In this document: in pieces, positions 28,801-34,389 of the stretch
How the letters are laid out: each line of letters begins with the position of its first letter
Position numbering within the stretch: the first letter of the stretch is position 1
Assembly: GCA_043732445.1 (NCBI GenBank)
Contig: JAYTHQ010000190.1
Coordinates: forward strand, 1 to 34,389
Source: Bdellovibrionales bacterium
GTDB lineage: Bacteria > Bdellovibrionota > Bdellovibrionia > Bdellovibrionales > JAMPXM01
Direction: 5' to 3'
Length of the DNA: 34,389 nucleotides
Made by a program: the position numbers and the translations under genes
Notes under the pieces: model-generated
What the model was told of the DNA's origin: nothing
The model's database searches: none
The model's input: the letters and a program-made list of their open reading frames with translations, nothing else

Positions 28801-29294
28801 GCGTATGAGTTTCAGACATCGAACGGTATGCCTTCGCCACAACCGGATTTTCCTCCGCACTCTTCGTTGGGCGGTCTTCCTCCGGCAGAGTTCGTCAGAC
28901 GACAAGCTGCCTGAAACCAGAGCTCTCGAGTGGCTTGGTTAAAGGGGGGACCTCAGGATGAAAAGGAACTGGCAAAGAATGCGATCACACTCGCTCAGAA
29001 AAAAAATGAGCGTGGAAGTTATTTGGAAAATCGCCGAGGTGAACTCAAAGCGGAGTTTAGAAAGATCGTCCTCCATTGGCGAATTTCAGATTCCTTCACC
29101 GCGGAGGAAAAGGTTGCGTCTAAAGAAAATTGGCTCGGGAGGAGGGCGCAAGCGCAACTATCCGGAACCGTGTGGCAATCGATCACCTCAAGTAGCATAT
29201 CGTCATCGTCGAACGGCAGCACATCAAGGCTGCTTAATGCTTTCGCCATCGGCAGACGTCTTTACCGCGTCAAGACCGTCTGCACTGCTGACAT

Positions 29295-30863
29295 TTAGAA
29301 GAAGCAAGTAACAACGGCTTCAGATCGCCGGCGACGGAAGGCGTCGATCATGCTCTCTTGCCAAGAGATATTGAAACGCCCTAGATCAATTAGCGAAAAC
29401 CTAAAAGACGATCGATTCAATTTAAATGCGTGCGTCCCTAAGTAATGCTCGAACCGTCCCGATACTCGAACGCTTTCGCTAAATCGAATGTCGATGGCTA
29501 CTTCCGTCGAGGCCGCTAAACCCCAGCCGCTCCGATCACCCGTCTGAAATTGGCCACCGCTCCCCGAAAAAAGCAGAGTCGCTTTTAAGTCTGACGTGAG
29601 CGGCGCGAAAGTCCAACCGCTCCCTACTCGCACTTCTGATTCTTTGTATTCCGCATTTGGCGTCGACCAATCGCTATAGCCAATCGAAAGCTTTCGCGTG
29701 AACCCCGGCTCACCAAGAGATCCGCCTTGTCGAGAATCGAGATCAAAAACTGTGAAATCTCGCACAAGCGCGCGATCTTTATTTAGATTGAAGCGCGGTC
29801 GAAAGAAAATTAGCTCATCCGACCAAAATCGCGTGGGCTGACTACTCTCGAAAAGTCGGTACCCGGGAAAAATAGAAAGAATCGCATCACTATTCGTCGA
29901 ATCGTAGCCGGCCGACAACCCGCTGAGCCGATGCGCTCGCGGCTGAATTTCAGATCGCTTCGACGAAGCATAGACGTCAGCGTCAGCGTCAGCGGTTGTT
30001 TGCTCATCGGCGAAGTGCAGACGGCTCTTCCACTCCATCATATTGACGCGCTGAAATTCTTGAGGCGTTCTCGGCATCAGATAATTGAGTTCGAGCTGAT
30101 ATTCGATTCGCCGAGACGGCGAAAGCTCTAAAGCCTCAATGTCCATTTTGGCGCGAAGTTTATCTGCGCTAAGTCCCTTTTCAGCAAGGCCTGGATGGTC
30201 TCTTCGGTAGATCTCAATTTTGTGGAAGTCAGATGTCATCGTTGAAAACGACGAGATTCGACCGCACCTTGAGAGTCTTAATACGCTCTCAAGTGGAGTG
30301 ATGAAAAGAGCTCGGCCGCACTGATTTTCAGTCGCATTGTTAACAAGGCTGTAGACATAGTTTGAGCAATTGAGAAAAAAGAAATTATATGGTCTCTCGC
30401 CCTTCAACTCTTTTAGAGACTCGACCAACATCTTCTTTTTTTCGAACTCTGAGAGCGTAAGATGCGCGATTAGAAGATCACGGTCTTCTAAGTTTGAATC
30501 GTCAGATTTTCGGTGAAACTCAGTTAGTGCAAAGCCGCCCGGCACCGTCCCGAACACCGAGCGCGCTAGAAAGGCAGTCGCCTTATAGTCGCCAAAAAAT
30601 TCTAGCGCTAACGCCGAAGGTTCTGGATCTGCGTCGTTGTGAAAAACTAAAAATGAATGACCGAAAGACGAAACTGGTGACCGCGGATTTTCGGTAGCGA
30701 AAACCATCGAGACATGTTTAGCAGATTCGAGAAATTTAATTTTCTCGGCGTCGCTTGAGAAAAAGAAATCCGCGCGTGACGGCGTCGCCGCGAAAACTGA
30801 TATTAGAAGAATCATGAAATGTTTAACTGGAGCGGACAAAAATCTTCGCTCCCTCGCAGGCAA
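29295..30863 (-). CDS. DUF4105-type exported protein with a C-terminal beta-barrel-like domain
   Basis: SSFGHSFLVF and YNFFFLNCSNYVYS motifs. The C-terminus ends in TCFF. Start is ambiguous (TTG 30863, TTG 30839, ATG 30815). Confidence 0.7.
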   Translation of the reverse strand: MPARERRFLSAPVKHFMILLISVFAATPSRADFFFSSDAEKIKFLESAKHVSMVFATENPRSPVSSFGHSFLVFHNDADPEPSALALEFFGDYKATAFLARSVFGTVPGGFALTEFHRKSDDSNLEDRDLLIAHLTLSEFEKKKMLVESLKELKGERPYNFFFLNCSNYVYSLVNNATENQCGRALFITPLESVLRLSRCGRISSFSTMTSDFHKIEIYRRDHPGLAEKGLSADKLRAKMDIEALELSPSRRIEYQLELNYLMPRTPQEFQRVNMMEWKSRLHFADEQTTADADADVYASSKRSEIQPRAHRLSGLSAGYDSTNSDAILSIFPGYRLFESSQPTRFWSDELIFFRPRFNLNKDRALVRDFTVFDLDSRQGGSLGEPGFTRKLSIGYSDWSTPNAEYKESEVRVGSGWTFAPLTSDLKATLLFSGSGGQFQTGDRSGWGLAASTEVAIDIRFSESVRVSGRFEHYLGTHAFKLNRSSFRFSLIDLGRFNISWQESMIDAFRRRRSEAVVTCFF

Positions 30864-31052
30864 ACTCGCGCTCGCTTAGGCGAGTCGAAAGAAGCGCTCG
30901 AAGTCGCGCCTTGGCGCGCTCTAGGTCAGTTTTTTGACCTGAAAGAACCTCTGCCCCAGCGAGAAGCCTTTGGCCAGAGCCAAAAGCTTCATCAATAATT
31001 TTCGCATTATTTTTCAAAAAGTAAGAAAAGAGCCGCGGTGGGCAGCCCGCGC

Positions 31053-31520
31053 TTATTCCTTTGTCGCAGGCTTTGCTCGATGAGCTGGTTTTTTCGCTGG
31101 CGCTTGTGCTTCTTCGTTTTCTTCAGCAACCGGCGCAGCGGCAGCGGCTTCACGGTGCAAATCAAGATTCACGGTGCCTGGAGCGTATCTCCACATGCTG
31201 TCTGATGCGTAGTCTGTCGTCGAGCCAAAAACGCCGCCCGAAATGATGTTCACGAAGAAGACAGGTTCCATTTCCGAATCAAGAATGACGCGCGCGGGGC
31301 GGTAGCCTTCTTTTCGTACTTCAAGCGTCGCGGCAGTTTTTGAACGTTTGACGATGCCGGTGAAAGGCGTTTGACCGATCTTTGCGCCGTTCAAAACTAC
31401 ATCTGCATTGTCGACGTTTGAGTTAACAGACAGCGGTTGCGTGCTACCTTTCAAAATAGTCGCACATCCCTGAAGTCCCAAAAATCCTGCCAAAACAATA
31501 GCAAACGCGAATAGCTTCAT
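31053..31520 (-). CDS. PEGA-domain lipoprotein
   Basis: GGGAG SD. Lipobox FLGLQGC. PEGA-like NADVVLNGAKIGQTPFTGIV...LEVRKEGYRP. Ala/Glu/Lys-rich tail. Confidence 0.75.
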   Translation of the reverse strand: MKLFAFAIVLAGFLGLQGCATILKGSTQPLSVNSNVDNADVVLNGAKIGQTPFTGIVKRSKTAATLEVRKEGYRPARVILDSEMEPVFFVNIISGGVFGSTTDYASDSMWRYAPGTVNLDLHREAAAAAPVAEENEEAQAPAKKPAHRAKPATKE

Positions 31521-31833
31521 GACTCTCCCTAAAATGACAAATTGAAATGAAACTCAAACGTACCACAACCGGGCGAGCTGGCAATCTTGATATTGTCCTG
31601 TCAGATCAGCGCGGTCTGCTGGCGCAGCGCTACTGCCTCACCGGCGCCGGCTAAAGCTGGCAATGACACTATTCCTACACGGAAAACTCAATTGTTGCAG
31701 AAAGTTGCGTGCTGATTTGGCAGCTCGCCGCTCTCGTGGAGTTCTCAAAATCTTCGTTAGGTCGCAAGCCACAAAAAAAGCCAAACTAGGCCGCCTTTAG
31801 GAACGCTTTTTAGATAATGGGATTAGACCAAGA

Positions 31834-32220
31834 TCACGGAGCTTTGCAGTTTAGTGCGTTTACCGTTGTCGTCGTAGCACCATCGAAAATAACGGCGTTC
31901 CCCGTCCCGGTGTATCCACCGTCCTTGTTGAGTTTGATTGAAAGAATCAAAGACGATGTGATGACGCCATTTGCGTCAACCGCTACCGCGTTGACAATTT
32001 GAGAAATTGTAGCAGCGGGATCATTTACGTTCCCTAGGAAGTATGTCTCGCCATTCGTCGTCAGCAAGGGGAGGAAATCAACGCCATTCTTCTTAACAGA
32101 GACGTTTTCCCAATTTGAATGAGCGCCCGGCATCGCGACCGCAGAGATTTCGTAGTTTGAGCCGTCACAATGCAGAGCTGACGCGATTACATTGACCGGA
32201 AGTATGAGGGCGAACGCCAA
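31834..32220 (-). CDS. small exported hypothetical protein
   Basis: TTG start at 32220. A hydrophobic N-terminus and terminal Cys pair. The in-frame open region continues 7 codons upstream (see findings). Confidence 0.5.
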   Translation of the reverse strand: MAFALILPVNVIASALHCDGSNYEISAVAMPGAHSNWENVSVKKNGVDFLPLLTTNGETYFLGNVNDPAATISQIVNAVAVDANGVITSSLILSIKLNKDGGYTGTGNAVIFDGATTTTVNALNCKAP

Positions 32221-32501
32221 AACTGAGTAAGCAAATTTAATTTACTTCTCGGATAAATTCGATTTAGGTTGAACCCCGTTTGTAGACCGTCATTGCAACC
32301 GCAACAACTGACCACACAGACTTTGAATTTTTGTTCGAGGTTTCGATCAATAATTCCTCACGCTTTTACTAAGAGCTGCGCCGAAAAATATAAATATGAT
32401 GAGAGCAGCCAGCGCACAGCAAGTAGCCGCGAGGTCTAACGACCTTTTTGAATCTGACTCTGACGCTTTGAGTGGAGAAAAGTCGACGGGCACCTTAAAA
32501 A

Positions 32502-32576
32502 TGGCTCGGGAGGAGGGATTCGAACCCCCGACCAACCGGTTAACAGCCGATTGCTCTACCACTGAGCTACTCCCGA
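32502..32576 (-). tRNA. tRNA-Asn (anticodon GTT), CCA encoded
   Basis: Manual cloverleaf: acceptor TCGGGAG/CTCCCGA, D arm GCTC-AGTGGTA-GAGC, anticodon arm ATCGG-CTGTTAA-CCGGT, T arm GGGGG-TTCGAAT-CCCTC, then G-CCA. Confidence 0.93.
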
Positions 32577-32701
32577 ACATGAAAAGTGGAACGCCTAAAT
32601 TACGGGAGCGGCGGGACTGGTGTCAACCAATCCTGGCCGCCGCGAGGCAATTGTCGACCCAGAAACGTCCCGAACGGGTCAGCGCCTGACGCGGCCTAGT
32701 C

Positions 32702-33250
32702 TTAAGGTCCTTGGGACTTCAGATGAGCCAGCGTCTCCAGATCGGCAAAAGCCGCTGCTAATTCAGGACTCTCAAACGCCTGCCCAGCGAAAATAAAAAA
32801 AGCGCCGCTCTTAGAGCGCATCAACTGCTCATGCGTCCCATCGACGTATTCAAAGGTAACAAAAAGATTGGACGGATCTGGATAAGTCGTTTGAGAAACC
32901 AGATGCGCAGCCGCATTCGTCGAACAATGAAGACTGAACCACTTTTCAACATCCATATAGCCGATGTCTTCAGCATTTAAATTAAACGCCTGCCACCGCA
33001 TTTTTAAACCGTCTTTGAGTTCTTGAACCTTCCGCCCATCAGGCCAAACAATCGCACTCACACGAGTCCGACAAAGCTCAATTTTCAGAGGCACAGGCGG
33101 CGGCACCGCAACGCCCGTCGCCGGCGGAGCAATTCCAATCTGCTGCAGGCTCGCATTCACATGATCAGGCGACAGATGCCTAATGACATAAAAAATCATA
33201 ATCAGTGCAATGCCAAGAACGATGACTTTGAGATAAAGAAGTTTGCTCAT
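32702..33250 (-). CDS. membrane-anchored hypothetical protein (182 aa)
   Basis: N-terminal TM segment LKVIVLGIALIMIFYVI followed by a Pro-rich linker. No recognisable domain. Confidence 0.6.
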   Translation of the reverse strand: MSKLLYLKVIVLGIALIMIFYVIRHLSPDHVNASLQQIGIAPPATGVAVPPPVPLKIELCRTRVSAIVWPDGRKVQELKDGLKMRWQAFNLNAEDIGYMDVEKWFSLHCSTNAAAHLVSQTTYPDPSNLFVTFEYVDGTHEQLMRSKSGAFFIFAGQAFESPELAAAFADLETLAHLKSQGP

Positions 33251-33465
33251 AGAAATTTAATAGCACAGCGTCTACCACAAAAAAACAAGCTCCCCTCTCC
33301 CACTCCTCCGCAGCGCCAAGCGCGCAAGCTCCCCTCGGGCGTCCAGAGGGCGGAGCCCTCTGGTATTGACGACTGAAGCGAAGCGGAAGGAGCAAAGTCC
33401 TCGGCGAGAGCCGAGGCGATACAAACAGCCATCTTTTCGGGAGTGACGCAGTCACGGAAGAAAAA

Positions 33466-33542
33466 TGGTGCACCGGGAAGGAGTCGAACCTCCGACCACT
33501 AGATTCGTAATCTAGTACTCTATCCAGCTGAGCTACCGGTGC
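33466..33542 (-). tRNA. tRNA-Arg (anticodon ACG), CCA encoded
   Basis: Manual cloverleaf: acceptor GCACCGG/CCGGTGC, anticodon arm CTAGA-TTACGAA-TCTAG, T arm GGAGG-TTCGACT-CCTTC, then A-CCA. Confidence 0.93.
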
Positions 33543-33647
33543 ACTAAAAAGAGAGTCTTGTTATGTCGGCTCCGAACTGAGAAATCAAGCTCCCAGTCCA
33601 AGAATTTTAGGGCTACACTGCCAAATATTGCTCTTCAGGAGTTCGCC

Positions 33648-34235
33648 ATGACCAATCACGACGTTTGGACCTCAGCCCTTTCAGAAGCCCAACAGACAAT
33701 CCAAACATTTCTCGCCGATCCGGCTCAAATCGCGGCGTGCGAAAAGTTCTCGACACTGCTCACGGACACCTTCAAAAACGGCGGGAAACTCTTCACCTGC
33801 GGCAATGGCGGAAGCCACTGTGATGCCATGCATTTCGCCGAGGAGTTCACCGGCCGCTACAGAAAAGATCGGGCTCCTCTAGGCGCCCTTGCGCTCGGAA
33901 ACGCGCCGCATGTGACGTGCGTCGGAAACGACTACGGTTTTAACGAAATTTTCGCCCGCGAAATTGGCGGCATGGGCCGAAAAGGCGACATGTTAGTCGG
34001 CCTCTCCACAAGCGGAAATTCCGAGAACGTGATTCGCGCCTTTACGACCGCAAAATCGATCGGAATCAAAACCGTCGCACTCCTAGGTCGCGACGGCGGC
34101 AAACTAAAAGCGATGGCCGATCACTCGATCGTGATACCGGCAACGACCTCCGACCGCATCCAGGAGATGCATATCAAGATCATCCACACGGTGATCGAGA
34201 CGGTCGAGCGTCATCTCTTCCCAGAAAACTACTGA
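33648..34235 (+). CDS. gmhA: D-sedoheptulose-7-phosphate isomerase (SIS domain)
   Basis: ATG 33648 follows CAGGAG. CGNGGSHCDAMHFAEEFTGRYRKDR, STSGNS and DRIQEMHIKIIH closely match the GmhA sequence as I recall it. Confidence 0.9.
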   Translation: MTNHDVWTSALSEAQQTIQTFLADPAQIAACEKFSTLLTDTFKNGGKLFTCGNGGSHCDAMHFAEEFTGRYRKDRAPLGALALGNAPHVTCVGNDYGFNEIFAREIGGMGRKGDMLVGLSTSGNSENVIRAFTTAKSIGIKTVALLGRDGGKLKAMADHSIVIPATTSDRIQEMHIKIIHTVIETVERHLFPENY

Positions 34236-34297
34236 CGCCTGCCTCTGGCCTGTGGCAGTCTCGAATTTGCCTAATTAAGCTTTTTTGGCAAATCCAC

Positions 34298-34389
34298 GGA
34301 GCAGTGGGAGAGTGGCTTAATCCAATAGTTTGCTAAACTGTCGTACGGGGTAAACCCGTACCGGGGGTTCGAATCCCCCCTGCTCCGCC
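34298..34389 (+). tRNA. tRNA-Ser (anticodon GCT), long variable arm; the final A of CCA is cut by the window end
   Basis: Acceptor GGAGCAG/CTGCTCC, anticodon arm ATAGT-TTGCTAA-ACTGT, variable arm GTACGGG-GTAA-ACCCGTAC, T arm GGGGG-TTCGAAT-CCCCC. Confidence 0.9.

Noticed and set aside
28958-29311. 117-aa ORF with a good SD (GGGGGGA, 7 nt before ATG 28958)
   Set aside because: The product is extremely Arg/Lys-rich with no hydrophobic core, and it runs 17 nt into the convergent DUF4105 gene. I treat it as an off-frame artefact. The region as a whole is kept as an open question in the findings.
30823-31017. 64-aa minus-strand ORF between the PEGA and DUF4105 genes
   Set aside because: It has a TTG start with no SD, directly after the terminator-like hairpin and T-run of the PEGA gene. 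It overlaps the longer start options of the DUF4105 gene and has no recognisable motif. It is more likely promoter or leader sequence.
32347-32689. ORFs of 77 aa (minus) and 97 aa (plus) overlapping tRNA-Asn
   Set aside because: Their sequence is explained by the tRNA-Asn gene (32502-32576). There are no coding signals.
32502-34389. Genomic island or integrative element at the tRNA-Asn / tRNA-Arg / tRNA-Ser cluster
   Set aside because: There is no integrase, excisionase or transposase, and I saw no direct repeat of a tRNA 3' end. The intervening genes (a membrane protein and gmhA) look like ordinary chromosomal content.

Overview
This 34.4 kb window is a compact chromosomal segment with about 38 protein genes and 3 tRNA genes. 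I found no rRNA, CRISPR array, transposase, integrase or recognisable defence gene. From 5' to 3' it holds: the end of a Tad/Flp pilus cluster (truncated TadB/C-type gene); an exported YD-repeat protein with two small exported proteins; a CheY-only response regulator; two divergent outer-membrane beta-barrel genes; two GNAT acetyltransferases; groES-groEL; a housekeeping block (nitrilase-superfamily hydrolase, VWA lipoprotein, TauE/SafE + DUF1634, PAP2, DAACS symporter, DedA); an island of exported amidase/peptidase-type enzymes at 17.9-26.1 kb; several lipoproteins (RDD-SHOCT, DUF4105 barrel, PEGA); and tRNA-Asn, tRNA-Arg, gmhA and a window-truncated tRNA-Ser. The Tad -> YD-repeat -> small exported protein order, about 5.7 kb from groESL, matches what I recall of the Bdellovibrio bacteriovorus hit-locus neighbourhood. 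The source is therefore probably a Bdellovibrio-like predator, but this is inference with no alignment run. The best candidate for an undescribed system is the co-directional four-gene operon at 17940-22987 (S58/DmpA peptidase, exported nitrilase-family hydrolase, two large unknown exported proteins). All four mature N-termini carry the same Cys-x-x-[I/V/M]-Phe motif. The operon is flanked by an exported GATase1-like protein, a third nitrilase-family paralog and a zinc-metallopeptidase lipoprotein. All functional calls rest on motif recognition by eye and need HMM or structure searches.
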